Source of the DNA: Chiloscyllium plagiosum
Taxonomy: Eukaryota
Direction: 5' to 3'
Assembly: GCF_004010195.1 (NCBI RefSeq)
Contig: NC_057737.1
Span: 48,909,173 to 48,973,172 of the forward strand
DNA: 64,000 bases
A program made the position numbers and the translations under genes. Positions 1 through 11,893 of this stretch are shown here, one piece after another. The stretch's first letter is position 1, and every line of letters begins with the position of its first letter. Below the pieces are notes generated by a model. It made no database searches. It was not told where the DNA came from and saw nothing but the letters and a program-made list of their open reading frames with translations.

Positions 1-545
1 CTTTCCCTTCTGAGCCTCAGAGTCGGACCTCGTGCCAGAGACCCGGTCACTGCAGCTTACCCCTGCTAGGCCGTCCCCCCCAACAGTATCCAAAGCGTTA
101 TACTTATTGTTGAGGGGAACGACCACAGGGGATCCCTGCACTGCCTGCTTCCTCCCCTTCCCACCTCTAACTGTTACCCAGCTACCTCTGTTCTCTGGCA
201 TAACTATGTCCCTGTAGCTTCCATCTATCACCCTCTCAGCCTCTCGAATAATTCTCAGTTCATCCAACTCCAGCTCCAGTTCCCTAACGCAGTCTGTGAG
301 GAGCTGGAACTGGCTGCACTTCCTGCAGATGAAGTCAGCATCGGTGGTCACCCCTACCTCGAACATCCTGCAGGAGGCACATTCCACTGTCTGCGCTGCC
401 ATAACTCTACACTTAGTCTCCAAAACAAGAACACCAAGTACACGTGTAGTGTCTCGGGTTCCTTCTCCACTTAAGTAACAATTACTTACCTTCCCGACCG
501 GCTTTGTTTTCCGACTTCACTTCCGCCCAGCTGCCGCCGCTCTCT
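1..545 (-). mobile_element. 5' end of a CR1/HER1-type LINE: 5'UTR plus uninterrupted ORF1 N-terminus (ATG at 402, open to the window edge)
   Basis: Minus-strand translation from 402: MAAQTVECASCRMFEVGVTTDADFICRKCSQFQLLTDCVRELELELDELRIIREAERVIDGSYRDIV...PLNNKYNALDTV. It has a CxxC...CxxC finger plus a leucine-rich coil typical of CR1 ORF1. No stop in 134 codons, so the ORF track missed it. Confidence 0.75.
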
Positions 546-719
546 GTTATAAAACTATAGCATAACAGGGTAGGGGAATGGATCTTGGTGGGTTACTGTT
601 CGGAGGGTCGGTGTGGACTTGTTGGGCCGAAGGGCTTGTTTGCACACTGTGATTCTATGAGTGTTAGTGTGTGGGAGAGAGTCAGTGTAAATGTGTGATT
701 GTCTGTGTGGGAGTACTTA

Positions 720-1020
720 GTGATGGGGTTCATGGTGTGACCTGAATCCAAGATCACAGTTGAGGCTGTTTCATGGATATGGAACTTAGCTATCAGCCTC
801 TGCTCATAGCTATGCGTTGTTGCATATTTCAGAGTCCACTTTGGAGGATGCTCACCTGAAGATTGGAGGCTGAATGCCCTGGACCGTCAAACCACTCCCC
901 CACCGGGGTGTTGATTATTTTGTGGTGTCCATTCATCTGTTGTCATTGTGTCTACACAGTCTCGCCAATGTACCATCCTCGGGTCACCCTTGTCTAGATT
1001 GTACAAGATAGGCGACATTG
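720..1020 (-). mobile_element. Degenerate Penelope-like GIY-YIG endonuclease fragment
   Basis: Reverse complement contains a decayed W-Y-I-G-E-T region (tggtacattggcgagact) and downstream HF-like motif, resembling the PLE endonuclease. Confidence 0.5.
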
Positions 1021-1035
1021 ACTGAGTCACATGAG

Positions 1036-1238
1036 GAGAAATTGAGGATTGCAGATGCTGGTGATCAGAGTCAAGAGTGTGGTGCTGGGAAAGCACAGCA
1101 GGTCAGGCAGCATCCGAGGAGCAGGAGAAGCAACGTTTTGGGCAAAGGCCCTTCATCAGGAAGAAAGGCCTTTGCCTGAAATATCAATTCTCCTGCTCCT
1201 CGAATGCTGCCTGTCCTGCTGTGGTTTTCCAACACCAT
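1036..1238. mobile_element. Short PLE-terminus fold-back insertion (family A) with 13-bp TSD
   Basis: Inverted copies of the PLE terminus; tgagtcacatgag at 1023-1035 and 1239-1251. Confidence 0.8.
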
Positions 1239-1359
1239 TGAGTCACATGAGTACTTTAACTGTATAGGTACTCAGGAACAGGGGGAGGCAATTCAATTCA
1301 CAGGCTGACCTGTGACCTAACTCCATAAAACTGCCTTGGGCCCATGTGACAGAGGTCAG

Positions 1360-1650
1360 TGTGGGGGCGGGGCCGGTGGCTGTGGGCGGGGCACTGGTCT
1401 GGAGGCGGGGGCAATGGCTGAGGGCGTGGCCNNNNNNNNNNNNNNNNNNNNNNNNNNNNNNNNNNNNNNNNNNNNNNNNNNNNNNNNNNNNNNNNNNNNN
1501 NNNNNNNNNNNNNNNNNNNNNNNNNNNNNNNNNNNACTGGGCTGGGGGCGGGGGCAGTGGCTGGGGGCAGGGTTACTGTTTGGGGCGGAGTCGGTGTCAT
1601 GACATCGATGAGGTGTTGTGGGTGGGGTCAGTAGCTGGGGGCGGGGTCTT
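1360..1650 (+). promoter_or_regulatory. GC-box-rich degenerate tandem array upstream of IFT22 (contains assembly gap 1432-1535)
   Basis: Repeated ~20-bp units containing GGGGCGGGG (Sp/KLF-type sites) immediately upstream of exon 1. Confidence 0.6.
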
Positions 1651-1671
1651 CATTCACGGCGGCGTGAGGCC

Positions 1672-1685
1672 ATTACCATGGTAAC
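1672..1685. promoter_or_regulatory. RFX X-box in the IFT22 promoter/5'UTR
   Basis: ATTACCATGGTAAC, 13/14 match to the palindrome GTTACCATGGTAAC, 28 bp before the ATG of a ciliary gene; followed by CGGAAG (ETS core). Confidence 0.8.
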
Positions 1686-1713
1686 GGAAGCGGTGGTCAC
1701 CTGACCAGCCGCC

Positions 1714-1752
1714 ATGTTTAACATCAAATTATTGCTGCTCGGACCGCGAGAG
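1714..1752 (+). CDS. IFT22: Intraflagellar transport protein 22 (RABL5), coding exon 1
   Basis: Kozak gccgccATG; MFNIKLLLLGPRE matches the IFT22 N-terminus; GT donor at 1753. Confidence 0.9.
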
Positions 1753-2721
1753 GTATCTTAGAGCGGGGCAAGGAAAGGGGAAATGGCGGGGTGGGGTGGT
1801 GAATGAGGGAGGGTGACAGAGTGTGTGTGAGGGAGAGGGAGAGAGAAGGCGATGGGGTTGTCGAGAACATAGAACAGGCCCTTTCGGCCCACGATGCTGT
1901 GTCAAAGATGACGCCAAACTAAAGGAATCACTTCTTTCTGCCCTTGGTCCATATCCCTCCAGCCCCATAAATGGAGAAGGTAAAGAGCCTGTCAGTCAGG
2001 GTTAGCGCTGTAGAAAGCACTGCCTGGGAATGTGGTGAAGACAAGTTGAGTTGAGGCATTCAAGAGGGCACTGAATGGTTATTTAAATAGCGAGGGGATG
2101 GCCTAGTGGTATTATCACTACTTCGTCCAGAGACCCTGGTAGTGTTCTGGGGAGTCAGTTCAAACCTGCCTTAGCAGGTGGTGGAATTTGAATTCAATAA
2201 ACATCGCGAATTAGGAGCAATTCGGGATGGGTAATAAATGCTGGCCTGGAGCGACACCCATCCCTCACCCACGTGTGAATAAATAAAAACAGGATGTTCG
2301 GTGGATATGGGAAAGGCCGGAGATTGACACTAGGTAATAGACTCAGTGGATGCATGATGGATCAAATGGCCTCCTTCTGCACATAACATTTCTGTGATAG
2401 ATTCTAGATAGTTCCTGGAAATTCAGAGCTATCTGCCCCTCATTCCCTCTCTCTGTCAGTATGTGGGTCTCTGCACGAGGTGATGATTTGTCTGATTTTA
2501 GTTGAAAACTATAGAGCACTTTTTAAAACAAAAATCAGTCATTGGATATGGGCACTCCAGGCTGGCCAGCAATTATTACCTGTCCCCATTTGCCCTTGAA
2601 AGGGTGGTGGTGAGCTACTTTCTTCAATCATTGCTGTAGGTCAGTGTGCTGTAAGTCAACTTGCACTGCTCTTAGGGAATTCCAGGATTTTGACCCAGTG
2701 ACACTGAAGGAAGAGAGATAT

Positions 2722-3143
2722 ACGCCTCATCTTCCTCCTCGGAACACTTCAACCCCAGGGCATCAATGTGGACTTCAACAGTTTCCTCATTTCCCCTTCC
2801 CCCACCTCACCCCAGTTCCAAACTTCCAGCTCAGCACTGTCCCCATGACTTGTCCTACCTGCCTATCTTCTTTTCCACCTATCCACTCCTCCCCCCTCCT
2901 CCACTCACCCCCTCCCCCCGCCTCCTCCACTCACCTATTGTACTCTATGCTACTTTCTCCCCACCTCCACCCTCCTCTCACTTATCTCTCCACCCTTCAG
3001 GCTCCCTGCCTGTATTCCTGATGAAGGGCTTTTGCCCGAAACGTCGATTTTACTGCTCCTCGGATGCTGCCTGAACTGCTGTGCTCTTCCAGCACCACTA
3101 ATCCAGAATCTGGTTTCCAGCATCTGCAGTCATTGTTTTTACC
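2722..3143 (+). mobile_element. PLE 3' fragment (end of GIY-YIG plus terminus with hammerhead core) inserted in a minus-strand L2-like LINE (about 2520-3360)
   Basis: cgcctcatcttc...cttcaaccccagggcatcaatgtggacttc matches the other PLE copies; agatata on both flanks. Confidence 0.75.
3013..3050 (+). ncRNA. Minimal hammerhead ribozyme-like motif (PLE family A)
   Basis: CTGATGA(3018-3024) A GGGC-TTTT-GCCC GAAA CG TC: conserved core, 4-bp stem II, palindromic ACGT stem III; stem I weak. Confidence 0.65.
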
Positions 3144-3965
3144 TAGATATATTTCCAAGTCAGGATAGAAAGTAGCTTGGGGGGATGTGAGAGTTTGCTG
3201 GGGATGGTATTCCCGTGTATCTACTGCACTTGTCCTTTTAGATGGAAGTGGTTATGAGTTTGGAAGGTGCTGTCTAAGGATCTTTGAATTTCTGCAGTGC
3301 ATCATTTAGGTAGTATCCACTGCTGCTATTGTGTGATGGTGAGAGTCGATGCTTGTGGGTGTGATGTCACTCAAGAAAATATCATAATAAATACGCTGAT
3401 GAGACGTCAATGGGTAAACTGGGGAATACAGCTGGAATTGAAGTGTGGAATTTTCTCAATGAATCTACTGTTGTCAAATATGTCAAATGATACACACTGG
3501 TAGAGAAAGCATGGTTTACAGCACGTTCCTATATTTGTGACACGTGATTTCAGCACTCTGATAGGCACAGGAAATCTGTTTGGAGGATTTCAAATATTGA
3601 GTTCTAGGAAAGATGGGAACAGAATTGAGAAGTGACAACATAGTAAATGGAACACCTGTATGCAAGAAAGGAGAGATATGGAAAGCCAGAAACTGTAGGT
3701 CAGTAAGTCAAACATCTGTCGTATTGATGTTGCTAGAATAACTTGTTGAGATTATAGCAGGATAGTTAGAAAATCACAATTTCATCATGGCTTTGTGAAA
3801 GGGGAAATCTGTTTAACTAATGGAAGTTTTTCTGACAAAGTAGCTTCCATGGTGCACAGAGATGAGCCAATAGAGGTGGTGTTCTATTGTATTCTTGATC
3901 ATATCTCCACTAGATGACATCATAACATGTGACAGTGATGGAAAAATCTCCATCTTTTTGTCTGT

Positions 3966-4298
3966 CTGAGCATTGGTGGTGGAGTGAATGCAGAAGTTGG
4001 GTGTCAGTCAAGTGGGCTGCTTTGACCTGGTCAATGTTTATTCTCAGCATATTGATAGTGGGGGAATTCATTAGCAGTTCATCTGCTAGTAGTTAGTCAG
4101 TTCTGTGTGGTAGAATTTGTGGGTTTGGAACGTGCTGTTGAAGAAACCTTGGTGATTTGCTGTATTCCATCTTCAAGATATTGTGTACTGCTGCTACTGA
4201 GCATTGGTGGTGGAGTGAATGCAGAAGTTGGGTGTCAGTCAAGTGGGCTGCTTTGACCTGGTCAATGTTTATTCTCAGCATATTGATAGTGGGGGAAT
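3966..4298 (+). repeat. Exact 102-bp direct duplication (3966-4067 and 4197-4298)
   Basis: ctgagcattggtggtggagtg...gatagtgggggaat is present twice, identical, 129 bp apart. Confidence 0.9.
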
Positions 4299-5932
4299 CA
4301 CAGAGGTTTTATTGTGCAGAAAGAGGCCAGCTGGCCCATCATGTTTGCACCAGTTTTCTAAATAAGCATCATGACTTACTATCATTCTTCTCGTTTCCGA
4401 ATAACCTTACACATTATCTCTATTTGAATACTCAACTAACACCCTCTTAAATGGCTCAGTTGAACCTGTATCCACTATACTTCCAAGGAATGTATTCAAG
4501 ACCCACACAACCCATTGTGTGTTAAAGATTTTATTTTTCCCTCATCTTTATTTACTTATTTTGCCAAATACTTTAAATCTGTGTCCCATCATTCTTGATC
4601 CTTTTACGAGCTGGAGTAAATTCTCCCTACCTACTCTATCCAGCCCTCTCATGTTTTGAAAACTTCTATGCACTCTCCACCCTCTCCAATCTCTCCTCAT
4701 AACTGAAGTTCCTCATACATGGAAGCATTCTTCTGCACGCTCTCTAATGAGTTCACATCCTTCCTGTAATGTGCCACCCAAAACTGTACACAGTACTCCA
4801 GCTGAGATAAAACCGAGTCTTATACTCTATACCCCTATTAGTAAAGCCCAGGATACTGTATGCTTTATTAACTGCTCACTCCAGCTGTCACTCTTAAATG
4901 ATCTGTGCTGATATATAGGAGAAAGTAAGGACTGCAGATGTTGGAGATCAGAGCCAAGAGTGTGGTGCTGGAAAAGCACAGCAGGTCAAGCAGCATCCAA
5001 GGAGAGGGAGAATCGATATTTTGGGCATAAACCTTTCCTCAGCCTTCATTCGTGTCCTTTTCTCTGTATTCTTTTGGAGTTCTATGTTTTCTTCATAGAT
5101 TAGATGCTTCCAAGTTTAATATCGTCTGAAAAATTTAAAATTGTCACCTGCACAGAAAGCGTTTATAGCAATAGTAATGCCATTGCATATCAAGTTGAAA
5201 TGATTACATTCTGACTTCTTGGAGATGGTCATTACCTGACATTTGTGTGGCACAAATGTTACTTGCCACTTATCAGTCCAAGCCTTGAAATTGTCCATAC
5301 ATGACATCTACTAGTTCCCCTTTTTGTTACATATTTAAGGAATTCTACTGAATTAATAAAACAATTTCCCTTTGACAAACCATGTTGACTTGATTGTATT
5401 CTAATTTTCTAAATGGCAAACTTGCATAAGTGAGTGTGAGGTAGTAAATTAATAGCTGTAAAAATGTGGTCAGTGGAGGATCCCCAAAGGCTAAATTGTT
5501 GGTGATTTAAAAGACCAAAGTAAGTGATTTGGGGGCTAGTTCTTTTGCAAGGTAGTGACAGAGATTCAATGCAGAAACTATGGAAGAAAGCAGTGAACCT
5601 ATATCCATGAGAAGATATTTCTCGTATTTGGGAGGATTTTAATTGGGAGGTGAGAGAAGTGGAGCAAGGTGAGATGCTCAAAGAGAAATGTGCCAGAGGA
5701 TTAGGGACTCTGCCTAGGGCATTTGGTGATGAGAACTAGACTGTTATTGCGATGGCCTTAATCGACAAACAGTTAAAGATGTAGCCAGGAAGTGGGGGTT
5801 CATTAAGCAGAAAAGTATAGTCAGCCCTAGGCTAGATTTCTGTTAACACTGTGTTGCTACTGCAGTCATCCACAATTACTTCCAGTCAGGTTGCTGCACA
5901 CTTGTACAAACTCTTGAATTTCTCACTTGCAG

Positions 5933-6015
5933 AGTGGAAAAACTGTTCTGGCCAATTTTCTGTCAGATGCAACTGAAGCCATTGGTGGTGATTACAGTCC
6001 AACACAAGGTGTCAG
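5933..6015 (+). CDS. IFT22: IFT22 coding exon 2 (P-loop SGKT)
   Basis: ttgcag|AGT GGA AAA ACT...; SGKTVLANFLSDATEAIGGDYSPTQGV(R); AG/GT boundaries in phase. Confidence 0.93.
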
Positions 6016-6193
6016 GTCTGTGAGTAATTTTGTTTAAAATGGCACTTCCTGTCTGACCATCTTCTATAAATCCAGATTGCTGCGTTGACAGCAGATATTT
6101 ACCATCTTATTACACATTCTGTTCGGCAAAGTCCACTGAGCCACAGCACCTTAGACTGTTGAAGTTTGCAGTTTATAGCACAGGTGGCAAACA

Positions 6194-6504
6194 GATTGAT
6201 TTAGATTACTTACAGTGTGGAAACAAGCCCTTCGGCCCAACAAGTCCACACCGACCCTCCGAAGAGCAGCCCATCCAGACCCATTCCCCTACATTTACCC
6301 CTTCACCTAACACTACCGGCAATTTAGCATGGCCAATTCACCTGACCTGCACATTTTGGGATTGTGGGAGGAAACCAGAGCACCCAGAGGAAACCCACGC
6401 AGACACGGGGAGAACGTGCAAACTCCACACAGACAGTTGCCTGAGGTAGGAATTGAACCCGGGTCACTGACGTCGTGAGGCAGTAGTGCTAACCACTGTG
6501 CCAC
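6194..6504 (-). mobile_element. HE1-type V-SINE
   Basis: tRNA-like head, V-domain (tgtgtggagtttgcacgttctccccgtgtctgcgtgggtttcctc), CR1-like tail with (taatc)n. Confidence 0.85.
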
Positions 6505-6774
6505 TCGTTGGTTACTGAGATCAGGGGCGGTGAGGAACAGACAATCTCCTGCTCCAAGCTGCCATCTAATGGTCATTGTGAAACAGGTCTCTGACAAACA
6601 TAGATTAGACATTCCTGTGATGATTATAAGACCGTAAAGCAAAGAAATAGTAATGAGATCATAGCAGATCTGATAACCCTTAACTACTTTTCTTCATAAC
6701 TCTTGATACCCCTCACTGTTCAAAAATCTGTCTATCTCAGCTTCCAGTATACTTAACAACCCAGCCTTCAGAGC

Positions 6775-8750
6775 CTGCTCCTTTAAAGAATTGGATAGGG
6801 AGGAATTTTTTAAAGTGTTTACATAAAACTCTCTTATTCAATATGTCAATGTACCTACTAGAGAAGGAGCAATACTTGACTTTCTGTTCGTAAATAAGAC
6901 AGGGCAAGTGACTGTGGTGTCAGTGGGGGAGCACTTTGGGACGTGTGCTCATAATTTTATTAATTTTAAAAGGATAGAACTGATCAAAAAGCTAAAGTTC
7001 AAAATTGAAGAAAGGCGGTATTAGCCAGGAACTTTCAAGAGTTGATTCCAGGAGGCTAGACACAGGAAAAAGGACATTTGGGAATTGGAAGGCCTTTAAA
7101 AATGAGATAAGGAGAGTTCAGAGATAGTATGTTCCCATTAGTGTGAAGGGCATGGCTGGTAGGTGTAGGAGAATGCTGGATGACTGGAGAAATTGAGGCT
7201 CTGGTCAAGAAGAAAGAGGCGGGCATATGTCAGCTATAGACAACTGGGATCAAGTGAATACCTCGAGGAGTATAATGGCAGTCAGAGTATACATAAGAGA
7301 GAAATCAGGAGGGCTAAAAGGAGTCATGAGATTGCCTTGGCAAGTGGAGTTATAGAGTCATACAGTCCTACAGCATGGAGACAGGGCCTTTGGCCCAAAT
7401 TGGTCCATGCCGACCAAAATGTCTACCGGCTCTAACACAATTCCCTGCACTTGGTCCATATCCTTCTAAACCCTTCCTAAACATGTATTTGTCCAAATGC
7501 TGTTTAATTGTTGTTAATGTACCGGCCTCAACCACTTCCTGGCAGCTCATTCCATATGCGTACCACTCTCTGTGTAAAAACATTGTGCCCCTCAGGTTCC
7601 CTTTTGTTCTTTCCTTTCTAACCTTAAACTGATGCCCTCTAGTCCTTGATTCCCCAACCCTGGGAAAAAGACTGAGTGCATTCACCCTATCTATGCCACT
7701 CATAATCTTATACACTTAGGTATTATCCCCCTCAGTTTCCTATGCTGTAAGAAAAAAAAGTCCTTGCTTGTCCAGCCTCTCCTATAACTCAGACCCTTGG
7801 GTCCTGGGAACATCCTTGTAAATTTCTTCTGCATTCTTTCCAGTTTAATAACATCCTTCCTGTACTAAGGTGACCAAACTGAACACAATACTCCAAGTAC
7901 AGCCTCACCAACATCCTGTACAACTGCAACCTTAAGGAGAATGTAAAGAGATTCTATAAGTACAATTAAGGACAAAAGAGTAACTAGGGAGAGAATAGGG
8001 CCCCTTCAAAATCCATGTGATAATCTGTGCAGATCCACAGGAGATGGTTCAGATACGAAACAAATATTTTGCATCAGTATTCACTGTGGGGAAGGATGCA
8101 GAAGGGAACTTGTGGAAATCAATATTGATGTCTTGACAAGAACACTGTGGGGAGTTAGGGAAGGGATTGCTGGGCCCCTAGCAGAGATATTTGTATCACT
8201 AACAGCTGCAGGTAAGGTGCCAGGACTGAAGGTTGGCTAATTTGGTGCCATTATTTAAGAAGGATGTTGTGAAATCTGAGAGGGTACAAAAAAGATTTAC
8301 AGAGATGTTGCTGGGCCTGGAGGCTTTGAGTTATAGGCAGAGGCTGAACACGCTGGGGCTTTTTTCCCCCTGGAGCATTGAGGGCTGAGCGGTGACCTTA
8401 TAGAGGTTTATGAAATCATGAGGGGCATAGATAGGATGGGTAGTCAAGGTCTTTTCCCAGGGTAGGGAAGTCTAAAACTAGAGGGCATAGGTTTAAGGCA
8501 AGAAGGGAAAATTTTAAAAAGGACCTGTGGTAACCTTTGCATGCAGAGGATAATGTGTGTAAGGAAGGAGCTGGCAGAGAATGTGGTGGAAGTGGATACA
8601 ATTACAATATTTAAAAAGCATCTGGATGGATATATGAACGGGCTTAGCGGGATATGGGCCAAATGTTGGCAAATGGGACTAGGTCAGATTGGAATATCTG
8701 GTCAGTGTGATGAATTGGATCAAAGGGTCTGTTTTCGTACTGTATGACTC
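6775..8750 (+). mobile_element. Degenerate CR1/HER1 LINE ORF2 with a nested opposite-strand CR1 3' fragment (about 7348-7930)
   Basis: CR1 ORF2 motifs and 3' tail (ctgtatgactc); ORF 7368..7715 gives YKIMSGIDRV...SRTRGH. Confidence 0.8.
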
Positions 8751-8817
8751 CAATTCCAGAAATCCACTACCCTCTGAGACAAGAAATTGCTTCTCATCTC
8801 TTTCCTAACTGGGCAGA

Positions 8818-9105
8818 ACTAACTGTCAGACGACTGTCTGTGTGGAATTTGCACAGTCTCCCCATGTCTACATGGGTTTCCTCCGGGTGCTCCAGTTTCC
8901 TCTCTCAATCCAAAGATGTGCAGGTTAGGTGAATTAACCATGCAAAAATTACCCATAGTGTTCTGGGATGTGTAGGTTAGGTGAATTAGCCAGGGGTAAA
9001 TGTAGAATAATAGGGGAATGGGTCTTATTGTGTTACTGTATAGAGAGTTGGTGTGAATTTGTTGGGCATAATGGCCTGTTTCCACACTGTAGGGACTCTA
9101 TGATT
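8818..9105 (+). mobile_element. HE1-type V-SINE (5' truncated)
   Basis: V-domain and tail similarity to the other copies. Confidence 0.75.
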
Positions 9106-10164
9106 CTGTGTATCAACAAACAACCTGATGAGCCTCCACTTTCCCCAAAACAACACAGGAGAGACAAACAGCAATCATGATGCATATTCATATTCATGGT
9201 GCATACACATTTTCAGTTGATTGAGCAATTTAAAGCTTTGTACATATTGCACTTTCTGGTGAAACTATGGTAGGCACAGCAGCTTTGCAATTTTTAATTT
9301 TTGCATGCCTGTCTTGGCCAGTCAGTTCTAGCTGTTTTTGATTCTATGCTTTCCCTATTGGTGCACTTTACATGGTTATGCTCCCAGTCTTAAGAGACAA
9401 ATTCTCCTCCTCCTCCCTAATTTAGGTTAGGTGCTGTTTCCTCAGATTTGAGGCAAAGTGTCTCCTTAATTTAGATTCCCTTTTCCCTGGAAATAAGTCA
9501 ATCATCTTCCCACCTGTTCTTTCACATCCTGTTACAAGAACTAAACCCAGGTAATGTCATTGAAAGTAATTTTAATGTGTTCAAGGTATGTATTTATTCC
9601 ATTCCGTATGTGCTGACAGTAGGTCCTTGACTCATTGGCTGCCGATGATTCACCCTGAACTGTTTTGTTAGTAGTAGTTTGCTATTGCTTTGTACTCAAT
9701 TTGTGGAGCAGGAGTGGAGAGGTCCAACGTCTACTTCAGCAGGAACAGGAATTGAATATGTGCTGTTGGCATTAATCTGAACCAGCCAACTGTGCTAACC
9801 TCCCAACCTGTATTTAGATTGCGCCTTTAATGTAGTGTAGCACCTTAAGGTTCAACAAAGCGCTTTTAGTCCTACAGTAACTGAGTTTCTTGCCTTTATT
9901 GGTTTCAAGCATTACTGTGGGCTACATTAGGGATGGGCTACAAATGTTGGCACCGCCAGCGTTACATGAAAGAATGAAAAGAAAGAAATAATTAAGGTTT
10001 GCAATAAAACAGAATAAATGAGGAAATATTTGTTCTGATGAATGTGTTACATGTACTTTCAACTGGACATGTCAGCCTGAGGTAATTTTGAATATCATTT
10101 TATATATTTTAAATTGTATGTAAATTGACTTTATTAATGCTAAGCAAACAATCTCATCTTCTAG

Positions 10165-10254
10165 GATTCTAGAGTATGAATGTCCAAATGTGATTGCCAA
10201 TGGGAAAAATATTGGTTGTGAAGTGGAACTCTGGGACTGCTCTGGTGATCAGAA
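10165..10254 (+). CDS. IFT22: IFT22 coding exon 3 (G3 motif WDCSG)
   Basis: tctag|G ATT CTA GAG...; ILEYECPNVIANGKNIGCEVELWDCSGDQ(K); donor gtaagt. Confidence 0.94.
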
Positions 10255-11690
10255 GTAAGTAGTATGTTCATCAAATGAGTGTCCACAGGCTTCAGAGCAT
10301 TCAAAATTTCAAACATTCAGAAGATTTTGTGTAAAGAAGTTTTTCAGTCCCAAGTGATCGTCCCCATATCCTCAGACCATGTTCTCGATTCTCCAGCCTG
10401 GGGGGGGGATTCAACCGCACCATGTCCACCCTATATAATCTCTTCACAATCTGGTACAATTAATGAGATCACCTCTCATCTTCCTAAGTTGCAGTTAAAC
10501 CAGTATGAGAGAGAGAGTTCCTGGGGGGGGTGAAAATGGAACTTGTTTCCATTGGGAGAGTTTTATGAATGAAGGCATTAACCTGCTTTCAGTTAGAAAC
10601 AGGAATTGATGTTTTATTTCATTAGGGAAAATCACTATAGCTTGCAAAGTATTTATATTTCAGTTTGCAGAAGTCCTGTTTGAAGTAAGGTGTATGAAGA
10701 GTTTCTCCTAGAGAAAGCAGTTAGTTTAGAAGAGTTAGGAAATAAGTTACCTCACTGTTAGTTCCAGACGAAACGTTTAGTTAGAACCTTGAAAGGGGTA
10801 TTTTAAGCTGGGAGCATCTAAACTCTGTTATATGAATATTTGAAGAAGGGGCTTATAGACTACCAAGCCCAGGAATTGAAAGGAAAATTCATGTCCAACC
10901 TATAGATATGATTGGAAAGGAAATTCTCTTTGGTGTTTGAGGACCAAAGAAGGGTGCTGTTGTTAAGTGGAATTTTTACTGTTTCAAAATCTTTCAAATT
11001 GTGTTTCATGAAAATAACTTGGTTTCTTCAATTTTGTCTTTTTCTTTTACGTAATATACATATGTTTTGTTGTTAAAACCAGATCTGCATCATTTCATGC
11101 TTGTGTTTCAGTGAAAAATCGCCTTGTTAAATTAAAACCATAGAATCTTTCAAGCCATATTTCAGTCTGTGATCTAACTAGTCCATTAATAACATCAGTT
11201 GTAACTCTCTACAATATATAGAATTACAGAGAAGTTACAGCACAGGCACAGTGGTTCAGCTGAACAGCCCATGCTAGTATTTATGTTCCATTAGAGATTC
11301 CTTCTATCCTTTCTCATCTGACGATTTGCATAGCCCTTCTTTCTTTGTCTTTCAATGATTATCCAGTCTCAACTTAGATAAGCACTCACCTTTGTGGAGG
11401 TAAATGCCAGCACAGACTTGACAGGGTGAATGGCCTGTTTGTGTCTGTATATTTCATGTAATTCACCAAACAGATATGAGGCAATGAGAATGTGAATCAA
11501 ACTCCATAACAGCTTCTTCAACTATTCTGAAAATGAAATTGCTAATTGATTAATCTGTAACTGGAGATATACTTGAATATGTAGTAGATCTGACACATTG
11601 ATGGTTTATAATCTGTGTGCATGCATTTCCTCTCTTATTTACTATAAGAATTAAGCTAAGTTTGTGAAGTTGTTTGTTTCCTCTCTGAAG

Positions 11691-11893
11691 ATTTGAGACT
11701 TGCTGGCCAGCTTTAGTGAAGGATTCCAATGGAGTTGTCATTGTGTTTAATGTTGATGTACCCAGCCACCTGAAGGAAATCGAGATGTTCTATTCTTCCT
11801 TTGTGCAGCAGCCACGGTTGCATGATTCTCAATGTCTTCTAGTTGCTCACCATAAACCCAACTCAGCAGCTGGCAAAGGGCGGCCTAATCTTG
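11691..11893 (+). CDS. IFT22: IFT22 coding exon 4
   Basis: FETCWPALVKDSNGVVIVFNVDVPSHLKEIEMFYSSFVQQPRLHDSQCLLVAHHKP...; ag/gtaag boundaries, phases match neighbouring exons. Confidence 0.95.

Noticed and set aside
1753-5932. IFT22 intron 1 donor GTATCTTAG resembles a U12 donor
   Set aside because: It deviates from GTATCCTT at +6 and +8, and there is no TCCTTAAC branch near the acceptor; more likely U2-type
10490-11210. Possible solo LTR in IFT22 intron 3 (similar candidate at about 42160-42930)
   Set aside because: No clear TG...CA termini or TSD could be fixed by eye; needs a repeat library search
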